NCBI GenBank assembly: GCA_964400545.1
Contig: CAYNUG010000002.1
Coordinates: 2,671-66,670, forward strand
Direction of reading: 5' to 3'
DNA from: an uncultured Clostridia bacterium
GTDB taxonomy: Bacteria; Acidobacteriota; Aminicenantia; UBA2199
Length of the DNA stretch: 64,000 nucleotides
Shown: one piece after another, positions 49,302 to 59,269 of the stretch
Numbering within the stretch: the first letter of the stretch is position 1
Layout of the letters: every line of letters starts with the position of its first letter
Position numbers and translations under genes: made by a program
The notes under the pieces: model-generated
What the model was told of the DNA's origin: nothing
Seen by the model: the letters and a program-made list of their open reading frames with translations, nothing else
Databases searched by the model: none

Positions 49302-50054
49302 ATGAAGAAAAATATTTTTAATATAATCCTTCTTAACGGAAGACCGGCAGCTGGGAAATCAGAAGTAATTGATTACTTGAAGAATGTTCCCGTCGAAGAG
49401 AGGATAGAGAAGTTTCATATTGGAGAATTTGAAGAAATTGATGACTTTCCAATTCTGTGGGAACAATTTGAAGATGATGACATTCTTGAAAAGATGGGAT
49501 TGCCCAGGTTGATCTCCAATCCTTTTTTTGAATACAAAGGTAAGAAATACGAAGGATATGTATTCAAAGAAAAATGGTACTGGAATTTTCTTATAGAAAA
49601 AATTAATTTTATTTATTGGAAAAAATTGAAAGAAGATCCTGGATATCACGACAACAGAACTGCTATCATAGAATTTTCGCGCGGTTCGGAGCATGGTGGA
49701 TTTAATACTGCGTATGACCATATTTCAGATCAGATACTTAAAGAAAGTGCAACTCTTTACATAGATGTTAGCTGGGAAGAGTCATTGAAAAAGAACAGAA
49801 GACGGTATAATCCTGATAAACCCGATTCGATACTCGAACATGCACTTGAGGATATTAAAATTGAAAAGCTTTATAAAGGGTCAGATTGGAAGGATTTTGT
49901 ATCGGGAGACAAAAATTTTATTCACGTCAAAGACTGGAAGATCCCTTATGTAATATTTGAGAATATGCCGGAAAAAACTGATGATCCGGAAAAGATCGGG
50001 CCTCATCTTGAGGATGTGCTTAACAGATTGTGGAAAAATTATTCAAAGAGGTGA
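49302..50054 (+). CDS. P-loop NTPase, predicted small-molecule kinase (AAA_33/PFK2-like Walker A).
   Basis: Start ATG 49302 with AGGAGG RBS. LLNGRPAAGKSE Walker A. Stop overlaps the start region of the downstream MFS gene. Confidence 0.45.
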   Translation: MKKNIFNIILLNGRPAAGKSEVIDYLKNVPVEERIEKFHIGEFEEIDDFPILWEQFEDDDILEKMGLPRLISNPFFEYKGKKYEGYVFKEKWYWNFLIEKINFIYWKKLKEDPGYHDNRTAIIEFSRGSEHGGFNTAYDHISDQILKESATLYIDVSWEESLKKNRRRYNPDKPDSILEHALEDIKIEKLYKGSDWKDFVSGDKNFIHVKDWKIPYVIFENMPEKTDDPEKIGPHLEDVLNRLWKNYSKR

Positions 50055-50056
50055 AT

Positions 50057-51382
50057 ATGCATACAAGCGAGTACAGAAAGAGAAGGTTTTTAAACTGGTT
50101 CCCCATGGGGATGACATACGCTTTGTTGTATATGGGAAGATACAACCTTACCGTTTCGAAGAATGCTCTTGGGAATCTTATGAGCAAGCAGGATTTTGGC
50201 TTAATATTTGGTATAGGAGCTGTTGTTTATGCTCTCTCATTTCTTGTGAACGGTCCGCTGGTTGACAGGATCGGAGGAAAGAAAGGTATACTGATAGCCG
50301 CTTTGGGAGCAGGAAGCATGAATCTTGTGATGGGACTTTATCTGAAACATATCCTTTCATCAGGGAATCCGGATCCAGGTAACCTTTTTTTTGTGTTCTC
50401 TATTCTTTACGGGGCTAATATGTATTTTCAGAGTTACGGAGCGGTTTCGATAGTTAAGGTTAACGCACATTGGTTCCATATTAACGAGAGGGGGACTTTC
50501 TCCGGGATATTCGGGATAATGATCTCGTCAGGTATTTTTCTTGCGTTTGATGTGACCAGTCGGATCCTGGATTCTTCACTTGTAAAGGGGAAAGGGTTTT
50601 CTGGTGGTGACGCATTATGGTGGGCCTTTTTTTCCCCCGCACTTCTTCTTTTTCTATTTTTTCTGATAGAAATATTCTTATTACGTGATACTCCGGGAAA
50701 AGCAGGATTCAAAGATTTTGAGACAGGAGATGCTTCTGAGGGTGAGGACCTTGAAGAGAGAGTTCCGGCATTCAAACTTATAAAAAGAATACTGACCCAT
50801 CCGGTCATATTAACGGTTGCAGCTATCGAATTCTGCACTGGTGTGCTCAGAAATGGTGTGATGCACTGGTTCCCTATCTATGCGAACGAACAATTGTCGG
50901 CTGGTCTTAAGGGAGGTTGGGCTTTTACTCTTAAGAATTGGGGGCTGATATTAATGGTTGCGGGAATTCTCGGAGGAAATATTGCAGGAATTGTAAGTGA
51001 TAAATTGTTCCAGTCTCGAAGAGCACCATCCGCATCTTTATTGTATGGGATACTTATTGTAAGCGCCATTCTTATGATCCCGTTCCTGAACAACGGATGG
51101 GTGCTTGCTGCTATTATTTTTGTCATGTCTTTGTCGGTCATCGGGACCCATGGTCTCTTGTCGGGAACTGCAACAATGGATTTCGGAGGCAGAAAGGGGG
51201 CGGCAACGGCAGTTGGAGTTATTGATGGGTTTGTCTATCTTGGAACAGCTGTTCAATCTTTTTCTTTAGGATTTCTGACCTCGAAGAGCTGGTCATACTG
51301 GCCGATCTTTCTCATCCCTTTCGGTTTTGTCGGATTTCTGCTTTTACTGAAGATATGGAATGCAAAACCCGGGAATAAATAG
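50057..51382 (+). CDS. MFS transporter, organophosphate:Pi antiporter (GlpT/UhpT-like) family.
   Basis: Start ATG 50057 immediately after upstream stop. 12-TM profile. N-terminal MGRYNLTVSKNALGNL...GPLVDRIGGKK pattern typical of the OPA family. Confidence 0.65.
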   Translation: MHTSEYRKRRFLNWFPMGMTYALLYMGRYNLTVSKNALGNLMSKQDFGLIFGIGAVVYALSFLVNGPLVDRIGGKKGILIAALGAGSMNLVMGLYLKHILSSGNPDPGNLFFVFSILYGANMYFQSYGAVSIVKVNAHWFHINERGTFSGIFGIMISSGIFLAFDVTSRILDSSLVKGKGFSGGDALWWAFFSPALLLFLFFLIEIFLLRDTPGKAGFKDFETGDASEGEDLEERVPAFKLIKRILTHPVILTVAAIEFCTGVLRNGVMHWFPIYANEQLSAGLKGGWAFTLKNWGLILMVAGILGGNIAGIVSDKLFQSRRAPSASLLYGILIVSAILMIPFLNNGWVLAAIIFVMSLSVIGTHGLLSGTATMDFGGRKGAATAVGVIDGFVYLGTAVQSFSLGFLTSKSWSYWPIFLIPFGFVGFLLLLKIWNAKPGNK

Positions 51383-51399
51383 TTTTTTTTTATTTTATT

Positions 51400-51429
51400 A
51401 ATGGAAAATTAACATTTTAATTTTCCATT
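51400..51429. promoter_or_regulatory. Perfect 12-bp inverted repeat AATGGAAAATTA-N6-TAATTTTCCATT. Candidate operator for the TonB-dependent receptor gene, or an AU-rich terminator hairpin for the MFS gene.
   Basis: Seen directly. Lies 18 bp after the MFS stop and 47 bp before the receptor start. Followed by a T-rich stretch. Confidence 0.4.
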
Positions 51430-51475
51430 TATGATATAATTTTTTTACAAATCAATTAAATTAAAAAAGGAGGAT

Positions 51476-54400
51476 TTGATGAGAAAAAGCCTTTTCTTCA
51501 AAGTAATGCTTCTGTTAATATTACCTGCATTTATTGTAGCTCAAAGTGCTACTACAGGTGCTATTACCGGAGTTGTCGTTAATAACGACGGAACACCTCT
51601 TCCGGGAGTTGCAGTAACAGCTGTCCATATGCCTACAGGGACAACTTTTAATGTAATATCCAGAACAGGTGGGTTGTATCTGATACCTGCGGTTAAAGCT
51701 GGAGGTCCTTACTCTGTAACTGCTGTTATAACAGGATTCAGGACAGAGAAAAAAACAGGTATAATTGTAAAATTGGGTGAGAAAGCTCAGGTTAATTTTG
51801 CTCTTCAACTGGCAACGGTTGATGCAGGTGAAGTTGTTGTAACCGGAGTGGAAGAGATCATTAACAAATCAAGGACCGGTGCTACGCAGAATGTTGGTCA
51901 GAATGTTATTGAAGATCTTCCCACGATCTCACGTACATTGAGTGACTTTACACGTCTTGCTCCGCAATTTGCAAGTGGTGAGGATGCAGGTTCATTTGTT
52001 GCAGCCGGAAGAAACTCAAAATACAACAATATTCAGATCGATGGTGCTCAGAACAATGACCTTTTTGGTCTTGACCTGAGTGGAACTCCTGGTGGTCAGG
52101 CAGAATCTACTCCGATCTCGCTTGATGTTGTTCAGGAATTCCAGATCGTACTTGCCCCGTATGATGTCCGTCACGGCGGATTCACGGGTGGTGGGATCAA
52201 CGTTATTACCAAGAGTGGTACGAATGACTTTCACGGATCTGTATATTATGAAGGAAGAAATGAAAGCCTGGTAGGAGATGGACCGTCTGATTATAAATTC
52301 GATAAATTTTCCGATTCTACATACGGTGTATCTCTTGGTGGACCGATCATAAAGAACAAATTGTTTTTCTTCTTTAACGCGGAACAGACTGTCAAAAAGA
52401 CTCCTGAAGATATTTATATCGATGGATCTGGAGCTGATTATGATTTCGGACATAAAGATGAAGCAGACAGGATAATTTCTATTCTGAAAGGATATGGATA
52501 TGATGCTGGTGGTTATGATCAGGTTTCAAATGAGACCAAAAGTACCAAGATCTTCTTCAGATTGGACTGGAACATAAATGATAAACACAGGTTGACTCTT
52601 CGTAACAACTATGTTGATTCAAGCCATGAGCGTCTTGACAGAACAAGCCATTCACAATTGTGGTTAGGTAATGCCGGAAGGATTTATTATAACACTAACA
52701 ATTCAACAGTTTTACAGTTGAACAGTAATTTTTCCGAGAAATTATTCAACGAACTTATCATTAATGTAACTTCAATACATGATAATCCGACATATATGGG
52801 AAAGCCTTTCCCCAATATTACGATCAACACGAAAACAGGTGTTTCCTTTAAAGCAGGTTCTGAAGAATACAGAATGAGAAATGATCTGAAACAGGATCTG
52901 ATCGAAATTACAGATAATTTGACACTGTATTCAGGAAAGCACACATATATCTTTGGTACACATAATGAATTCTTCAGTTTTTACAATGTTTTTATTCAGA
53001 GAGAATTCGGAAAGTATTCATTTAAAAGTATCGATGATCTGGAGAATGGGAATCCCTCATATTATGACAGATATTATTCCATTACAGATGATCCGAACCA
53101 GCCTGCAGAGTTTGATGTTGCTCAGCTTGGTTTTTATGCAGGGGATGAATGGGGTGTAAATGATAAATTGACCCTTACATACGGTTTGAGAGCAGATGTT
53201 CCATTGATGAGTGATACTCCTCCTGAGAATGCTGCAGTTAAAGCTTCTTTTGGTATAGCTACAAACCAGAATGCAGGTGGAAATATGCTGTGGTCTCCGA
53301 GATTCGGATTCAATTTTGATGTGAAGGGTGATAATTCTCTTCAGATCAGAGGCGGACTGGGTGTTTTTTCCGGTAGAGCTCCTTATGTGTGGATCTCCAA
53401 CCAGTTCTCAAATACTGCAACACAGATCGCAAGGTACAAAGATTATAGCCCCGATTTCTTTATCGTGGATCCTTATAATCAGCCTACCAACCCGTTTGCA
53501 AGAATATCAGGTGACATTAATCTGATCGAAAAGAATTTCAAGTTTCCTCAGGTTTTCAGAATGAATTTTGCAGTTGATAAAAAAATATTCGGTGGTTTCA
53601 CTGGAACTTTTGAAGCTATATATTCAAAGAATATCAATGATGTTATGTTTCAGAATATCAATATTGCGCAGAAGCCGGGAGTCACTCTTTTCGACGGCAG
53701 ACCTGTATTCGGAACTCCTTCGACATCTAAATACGTATATGGAAGAGCGGATTATGTTGATCCGAACTTTGGAAATGTTATCAAGCTGAGCAATACGAAC
53801 CAGGGATATGAGTATTCACTTACTTTCCAGGTCCAGAAGCTATGGGGCGGTAATATGATCAATGCTGCTTATACCTATGGCCAGGCAAAATCATTGTTCG
53901 GAGGAACTTCATCCAGAGCAATATCCAATTGGAAATATAATGTTACAACAGATGATCCTAACAATCCGAAGTTAAGCTGGTCACCTCATGATACACGTCA
54001 CAGACTTATGTTTGCATTGACAAAACAGTTTCATTTCATCAAGAAAGCTGCAACTTCATTCTCTCTTTTCTATAATGGAAGATCCGGTCGCCCTTACAGC
54101 ACTCGCTACTATAATGATGCTAATGGTGATGGATTTACTAATGATGCAGTTTGGCTTCCGAAAACTGCAGATGATGTTATCCTTACCAAGGGTACATGGG
54201 AAGAATTTGATCAGTATATGAAGGATGATCCTGATGGTCTTAATAAATACAGAGGAAAGATTGTTCCGAGAAATTCAAGTAGAGATCCATGGTCAAATTT
54301 TGTAGATATCAAAATAATCCAGAATATTCCTTTACCAATGAAAGGTAAAAAGCTTCAATTCTCTTTCACGGTAGAGAATTTCCTTAATATGCTGAACAAG

Positions 54401-54583
54401 GACTGGGGCGTCTACAAATACCTTGCTTATGATGACCGTCCTTTGGTATATGCCGGTGTTGATGCGGCAACAGGAAAACCCAAGATGGAATTCATAGGGA
54501 AATCTGAGACTGATGCAAGATATACCATTAACCAGATCCTTTCAAGATGGAAAGGAATGTTTGGTATTCGTTTCTCATTCTAG
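51476..54583 (+). CDS. TonB-dependent receptor with N-terminal carboxypeptidase-regulatory-like domain.
   Basis: Signal peptide. CarboxypepD_reg-like (GVVVNNDGTPLPGVAVTAV). Plug and 22-strand barrel length. C-terminal FGIRFSF aromatic terminus. 1035 aa. Confidence 0.8.
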   Translation: MMRKSLFFKVMLLLILPAFIVAQSATTGAITGVVVNNDGTPLPGVAVTAVHMPTGTTFNVISRTGGLYLIPAVKAGGPYSVTAVITGFRTEKKTGIIVKLGEKAQVNFALQLATVDAGEVVVTGVEEIINKSRTGATQNVGQNVIEDLPTISRTLSDFTRLAPQFASGEDAGSFVAAGRNSKYNNIQIDGAQNNDLFGLDLSGTPGGQAESTPISLDVVQEFQIVLAPYDVRHGGFTGGGINVITKSGTNDFHGSVYYEGRNESLVGDGPSDYKFDKFSDSTYGVSLGGPIIKNKLFFFFNAEQTVKKTPEDIYIDGSGADYDFGHKDEADRIISILKGYGYDAGGYDQVSNETKSTKIFFRLDWNINDKHRLTLRNNYVDSSHERLDRTSHSQLWLGNAGRIYYNTNNSTVLQLNSNFSEKLFNELIINVTSIHDNPTYMGKPFPNITINTKTGVSFKAGSEEYRMRNDLKQDLIEITDNLTLYSGKHTYIFGTHNEFFSFYNVFIQREFGKYSFKSIDDLENGNPSYYDRYYSITDDPNQPAEFDVAQLGFYAGDEWGVNDKLTLTYGLRADVPLMSDTPPENAAVKASFGIATNQNAGGNMLWSPRFGFNFDVKGDNSLQIRGGLGVFSGRAPYVWISNQFSNTATQIARYKDYSPDFFIVDPYNQPTNPFARISGDINLIEKNFKFPQVFRMNFAVDKKIFGGFTGTFEAIYSKNINDVMFQNINIAQKPGVTLFDGRPVFGTPSTSKYVYGRADYVDPNFGNVIKLSNTNQGYEYSLTFQVQKLWGGNMINAAYTYGQAKSLFGGTSSRAISNWKYNVTTDDPNNPKLSWSPHDTRHRLMFALTKQFHFIKKAATSFSLFYNGRSGRPYSTRYYNDANGDGFTNDAVWLPKTADDVILTKGTWEEFDQYMKDDPDGLNKYRGKIVPRNSSRDPWSNFVDIKIIQNIPLPMKGKKLQFSFTVENFLNMLNKDWGVYKYLAYDDRPLVYAGVDAATGKPKMEFIGKSETDARYTINQILSRWKGMFGIRFSF

Positions 54584-54610
54584 TTTATTAGTAAATTAGA
54601 AAATAAAATG

Positions 54611-54641
54611 GCCTCCCGGGAAACCGGGGGGCTTTTTTTTT
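54611..54641. terminator. Rho-independent terminator, bidirectional between convergent genes.
   Basis: GCCTCCCGG-GAAA-CCGGGGGGC stem-loop (GNRA loop) followed by TTTTTTTTT. Confidence 0.8.
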
Positions 54642-54648
54642 GATTTTT

Positions 54649-55620
54649 TTATTCCTTTAAAAAAGATCTGAGTATTTTTGAGATCTTGTAGACACCTTTT
54701 CCATCCGCAAGGAGTTTGCCGGCTTGTCCGATCTCTTTCCTTTTTTCAAATGAAAAGAATTTCAGCAGTTCGGAAATCTCGGAATAATCTTCTCTTTTCC
54801 ATCTTCTGAATAAAAGGCCTGCACCGTTCTCCTCGAAGTATTGTGCAGTGAGCTCGTCATTACCGGTTCCTTGCAAATAAATAGCTGGAGTACCGGTGAC
54901 AGCAGCTTTAACGGAAGATATATCAGGATCAATTATAGCAAGATCTGTTTCGAAATATGTTCTGGCGTAACTTTCGGGCGTACCTGATATCTTCAGTGAA
55001 GGATACAATCTTTTAAGTGTTTTTCTGTTAAATTTTTCAAAATCTTTTCCTGGGATGATCTTAACTCTGTATCCTCTATTCAGCAGGAGCTCGGTAAGTT
55101 TCCTTAGCTCTCTGTAGGGTAATCTGTTACCCGGATCTAAAAGTATGTTCCTTAATTTTTTTTTGTACTTTCTGTCCAGATTGTGGAAATGGATATATTT
55201 ATGATGCAATATTGTATATTCCGGTCCGGATAAAATTGATCTTTCTTCGGTCTGTCCATCATATTCAAAAGGGGACGGATCAACAATAACATCGATGTCT
55301 TCGGGGCTCTGACCAAAGTATGAATATTTCACGGTTGGGATCCCTTTTTTCTTTGCTTGGGATAGAATTTTTTTGTCTATCTCTGAGAAAATATCTTTAA
55401 AGAATAAAACAACTGAGACCTTTTCTTTGAATATCTTAAGGAGTTCGGTATTTCCTAAATATTTGTAACCCCTTCCCTTGAAATAGGGGGAGAGATCTAT
55501 GTTTCCTTCAATACTGAAAAGGATGTTCTCTTTTTTGCAGGTTAGTGATGCTAACTGGAAAGCTTTCTCTAAACTGAAAAATCCGATCTTCGGGATAATT
55601 TCAGTTACAATTAGAAGCAT
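54649..55620 (-). CDS. Glycosyltransferase family 28 C-terminal domain protein (PseG/SpsG/MurG-like).
   Basis: C-terminal TPAIYLQGTGNDELTAQYFEENGAG resembles the MurG/PseG nucleotide-sugar binding loop. Start codon abuts the upstream aminotransferase stop. Confidence 0.4.
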   Translation of the reverse strand: MLLIVTEIIPKIGFFSLEKAFQLASLTCKKENILFSIEGNIDLSPYFKGRGYKYLGNTELLKIFKEKVSVVLFFKDIFSEIDKKILSQAKKKGIPTVKYSYFGQSPEDIDVIVDPSPFEYDGQTEERSILSGPEYTILHHKYIHFHNLDRKYKKKLRNILLDPGNRLPYRELRKLTELLLNRGYRVKIIPGKDFEKFNRKTLKRLYPSLKISGTPESYARTYFETDLAIIDPDISSVKAAVTGTPAIYLQGTGNDELTAQYFEENGAGLLFRRWKREDYSEISELLKFFSFEKRKEIGQAGKLLADGKGVYKISKILRSFLKE

Positions 55621-56826
55621 TTACCCCAGGACTTCTCTGATACTCTTCATTGCATGATCGATCTCTTCTCTGGTTATTATCAGAGGAGGTGCGAACCTGA
55701 TGATCCAGTCGTGTGTTTCTTTACAAAGGAGTCCTTTTTCCTTAAGCTTTGTTGTATAAGTTCTTGCTTTTCCGGCCGATTTTTTCAATACAACACCTAT
55801 AAGTAATCCTTTGCCTCTGATGATATCGATCTTATCTGAATTCATTGCCTCAAGTTGCTCTCTGAAATATTTACCGAGTTCAAAAGATTGTGCAGCAAGA
55901 TTCTCATCGAGAAGAACTTCGATCGAGGCGATTGCTACTGCGCATCCCAAAGGATTTCCACCGAAAGTTGATCCGTGGCTTCCGGGTTCAAAAACTCCGA
56001 GTATATCATTGTCAGCTGCAACTGCACTTACAGGGAAGACTCCTCCTCCGAGGGCTTTCCCCATGATTATGATGTCAGGGATAATGTTGTCGTACATGAA
56101 CGCAAACATTTTTCCCGTTCTTGCAAATCCGGTCTGTATCTCATCAACTGCAAGAAGAATATTATTTTCTTTCGAAATATCGCTGAGCCCTTTGAGAAAA
56201 CCTTCGTCCGGCACAACGACGCCTGCTTCACCCTGAATGGGTTCAACCATAATTCCGGCTGTATTTTCGTTAACGGCATTTTTAACCGCTTCGAGGTCGT
56301 TATATGGAACGATCTTAAATCCCGGAGTAAAAGGCCCGTAATCGTTTTTTGCTACTGGATCAGTTGAAAATGAAACAATAGAAATTGTTCTTCCGTGAAA
56401 GTTATCTGCAAAGACTATGATCTCTGCTTTATTCTGTTCTATACCCTTTTGCTTGTATCCCCATTTCCTCATGGTCTTTAAGGCTGTTTCAACCGCTTCT
56501 GCCCCGGTGTTCATCGGAAGGATCATATCTTTCTCTGTAAGTTCTGCAAGTTTTTTTGCAAATTGAGGCCATTTGTCATTAAAGAAGGCTCTTGATGTAA
56601 GTGTGAGTTTGTCAGCCTGATTTTTTAGTGCTTTTATTATTGCAGGATGCCTGTGCCCCTGGTTCACTGCGGAATATGCAGACAGCATGTCCATATATTT
56701 TCTACCTTCGGGGTCTTCAACCCATATTCCCTCTGCTTTAGAGATCACAACTTCAAGAGGATGATAGTTGTGAGCTCCATATTTGTGCTCCATTTCCATA
56801 AATTGATCAGAATTTAAATTAGTCAT
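55621..56826 (-). CDS. Ornithine aminotransferase (class III PLP aminotransferase).
   Basis: MLSAYSAVNQGHRHP motif and overall match to OAT/RocD. 401 aa. Confidence 0.8.
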   Translation of the reverse strand: MTNLNSDQFMEMEHKYGAHNYHPLEVVISKAEGIWVEDPEGRKYMDMLSAYSAVNQGHRHPAIIKALKNQADKLTLTSRAFFNDKWPQFAKKLAELTEKDMILPMNTGAEAVETALKTMRKWGYKQKGIEQNKAEIIVFADNFHGRTISIVSFSTDPVAKNDYGPFTPGFKIVPYNDLEAVKNAVNENTAGIMVEPIQGEAGVVVPDEGFLKGLSDISKENNILLAVDEIQTGFARTGKMFAFMYDNIIPDIIIMGKALGGGVFPVSAVAADNDILGVFEPGSHGSTFGGNPLGCAVAIASIEVLLDENLAAQSFELGKYFREQLEAMNSDKIDIIRGKGLLIGVVLKKSAGKARTYTTKLKEKGLLCKETHDWIIRFAPPLIITREEIDHAMKSIREVLG

Positions 56827-57040
56827 ATTTCACCTCAAATAAGTAATTTTATTTTTATATTCTATCAGTTTAAAATTTTACGTCAACCCGCTTTTTCCAG
56901 GATTCTGAAGAATTATGAGAAGCCGATTTGTTGTTAAATACAAACAAAATATCCCTCTGAAATACAAGTGAAACGGATGCTTTATATTGACAGGTGCAGA
57001 GAAATATGAGAAAATTAAGCTTGAATTTTAAGAGGAGAAT

Positions 57041-57292
57041 ATGGGGACTGATCCAAGAGTTGTTGTTTTTTCAACACCATCATGTTCATGGTGCAGGAGT
57101 CTGAAACAGTATTTGAAAAAGCATAAGATCAGATTTAGAGATATTGATGTTTCAAGAGATCAGTCAGCCGCAAAGGATATGGTTAGAAGGACGGGACAGC
57201 AGGGTGTTCCTGTCATATTGATAAATAACAGACCGATCGTAGGTTTTAACAAGACAGAAATAAATAAATATTTAAATATTAAAGGAGGCTAA
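57041..57292 (+). CDS. Glutaredoxin-like protein (YruB-type, CxxC = CSWC).
   Basis: VVVFSTPSCSWCRSLKQYL thioredoxin-fold active site. 83 aa. Confidence 0.75.
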   Translation: MGTDPRVVVFSTPSCSWCRSLKQYLKKHKIRFRDIDVSRDQSAAKDMVRRTGQQGVPVILINNRPIVGFNKTEINKYLNIKGG

Positions 57293-57293
57293 G

Positions 57294-57560
57294 ATGAAAG
57301 TAAAACCATTAGATGACAGAGTACTGGTATTGCCATTGGAAAAAGAAGAGCAAACGGGATCTATTATAATTCCTGACACAGCTAAGGAAAAACCTGTTGT
57401 TGGAACAGTTAAAGCAGTTGGAACGGATGATGATCTGAAAGAGTTGATCAAAGTTGGAGATAATGTTGTATATGGAAAATATGCAGGTGAAGAATTAAAG
57501 GTAGATGGTGAGAAACATCTTCTTATTTCCCGGTCGGATCTTCTTGCGATAGTAGAGTAG
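57294..57560 (+). CDS. groS: Co-chaperonin GroES.
   Basis: MKVKPLDDRVLV...IIIPDTAKEKP..G.V.AVG is classical GroES. 88 aa. Starts 2 nt after the glutaredoxin gene. Confidence 0.9.
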   Translation: MKVKPLDDRVLVLPLEKEEQTGSIIIPDTAKEKPVVGTVKAVGTDDDLKELIKVGDNVVYGKYAGEELKVDGEKHLLISRSDLLAIVE

Positions 57561-57571
57561 ACCATACTATA

Positions 57572-57621
57572 AAATGACCGGATGATTTTAAAGGTAGTCC
57601 GGTCATTTTGTTTTCAATCAC
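57572..57621. terminator. Rho-independent terminator after groES, shared with the convergent methyltransferase gene.
   Basis: AATGACCGGA-N15-TCCGGTCATT 10-bp stem followed by TTTGTTTT. Confidence 0.65.
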
Positions 57622-57629
57622 GCCCCTTT

Positions 57630-58349
57630 TTAACCATTCAAGGTTCTCTGTCTGAGAGCTTCAAACAATATTACAGCAGTAGCGGCCGATACATTTAGTG
57701 ATTCGATCTTTTTTGAGTGAGGAATAGTAATAAACTGATCTGTATATTTTTTAACTATAGTCGAGATGCCTCTGCTTTCACTTCCGATAACTAGTGCTGT
57801 GGGGATGTCAAAACTGTATTCATGGTAGGGCATTCCATGCTTGACATCTGTTGAAATTATCCAATATCCTTTTTCCCTAAGAATTTTCATTTCTCTTGAT
57901 ATATTTTTTGAGGGGATTATCTTTGCATTCATTAAAGCTCCTGCTGAAGATTTTAATACAGTTTCATTCAGAGGAGCTGAATTTCTTCTGGACAGAATTA
58001 TTCCGTCTACTCCGGCTGCAACACCTGTCCTTATTATTGCACCGAGATTTCCTGCATCGGTAACAGAATCAAGTATCAGAATAAATCCTTTTCCTTCAGT
58101 CGGCAGGATTTCTTCGAGTGAATAGAAACGGACTGGAGACACTTCAGCGAATACTCCCTGGTTGTCATTTCCGGCTTTTCTGTTTAAGGCGACTTGAGGA
58201 ACGAGCATAAAAGGTATTCCTTTTTCTTTACATAGATCAATGATTTTTTTTATCCTGTTGTCACGTCTTCTCTCGTTTATAAATACTTTATTTACAGGTG
58301 CATCAGAGAGCAAAGCCTCACTCAGCGAATTTATTGATGTGATCTTCAT
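57630..58349 (-). CDS. SpoU/TrmH family RNA 2'-O-methyltransferase (RlmB-like).
   Basis: GNLGAIIRTGVAAGVDGIIL and C-terminal SLNVSAATAVILFE motifs of the SPOUT class. Confidence 0.75.
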   Translation of the reverse strand: MKITSINSLSEALLSDAPVNKVFINERRRDNRIKKIIDLCKEKGIPFMLVPQVALNRKAGNDNQGVFAEVSPVRFYSLEEILPTEGKGFILILDSVTDAGNLGAIIRTGVAAGVDGIILSRRNSAPLNETVLKSSAGALMNAKIIPSKNISREMKILREKGYWIISTDVKHGMPYHEYSFDIPTALVIGSESRGISTIVKKYTDQFITIPHSKKIESLNVSAATAVILFEALRQRTLNG

Positions 58350-58494
58350 TTAGTTAATTATACGTTAAATTGTTTCAAATGAATATAAGTAAGCAAAAGG
58401 TGCCTGTCCCCTTTTTGGATATTTTTGAAATAAATGTCGTAATGCAAGATCTGACCCTCTTTTTGTAAGGATCATTCTATGTTATAAAATAGTC

Positions 58495-59235
58495 ATGATC
58501 AAATTTAAGAGACATTTTATCTATATAAAGGATGTAATGGTATCTGTTTTTTTATATCTGATAGGAGGGGTCAATTTTCTTGTGGGTGCAATTTTGATCT
58601 TTATTGTGGGTATATTCACTACGGGTTGGTTATTCGAGAAACTTATTAAAATATTCTCGAAGTTGATAGTGATCCTGGCAGGTGTAAGGGTTGAAATTGA
58701 AGGGCGTGAAAATCTGGATCCTGAAGGAAAATATATACTTATGATGAACCATGTCAACATATTTGACGGATTTGTTTTTAATTGGTCCTTCCCGGGGAAA
58801 TTGAGGGGTATCGAAGAGGAAAGTCATATGAGTTGGCCGGTTTACGGACCACTCATGAAAAGGATCGGTATGATCCCGATAAACAGGAAAAGTGCAAGAA
58901 AGGCAATAGATTCATTGAAAAAGGCAGCGGAAGCTTTGAATGATCAAAAGAACCTGTCAATAGGCGTTATGCCTGAGGGTACAAGAACCCTGACCGGAGA
59001 ACTCGGAGAATTTAAGAAAGGAGGATTTCTACTTGCAATAGAGGCGGGTCTTGATATAATTCCAGTTATACAGACAGGAAGTTTTAAGGTCAAACGGAAG
59101 ACCGGGTGGATCATAAGACCGGGAAAGATCAGGTTGATCTATGAGAAAGCAATATCAACAAAAGATTTTACTCGGGAAAATGTGAGAGGGTTGATGGACC
59201 GGGTAAGAAATGTGATGCTTAAGTATACAGACTAA
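58495..59235 (+). CDS. plsC: 1-acyl-sn-glycerol-3-phosphate acyltransferase.
   Basis: NHVNIFD (HxxxxD) and MPEGTRT motifs. N-terminal TM helix. Confidence 0.8.
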   Translation: MIKFKRHFIYIKDVMVSVFLYLIGGVNFLVGAILIFIVGIFTTGWLFEKLIKIFSKLIVILAGVRVEIEGRENLDPEGKYILMMNHVNIFDGFVFNWSFPGKLRGIEEESHMSWPVYGPLMKRIGMIPINRKSARKAIDSLKKAAEALNDQKNLSIGVMPEGTRTLTGELGEFKKGGFLLAIEAGLDIIPVIQTGSFKVKRKTGWIIRPGKIRLIYEKAISTKDFTRENVRGLMDRVRNVMLKYTD

Positions 59236-59269
59236 CTCAATTTAATTGTTTTAGTTTGAAGGTAATAAT

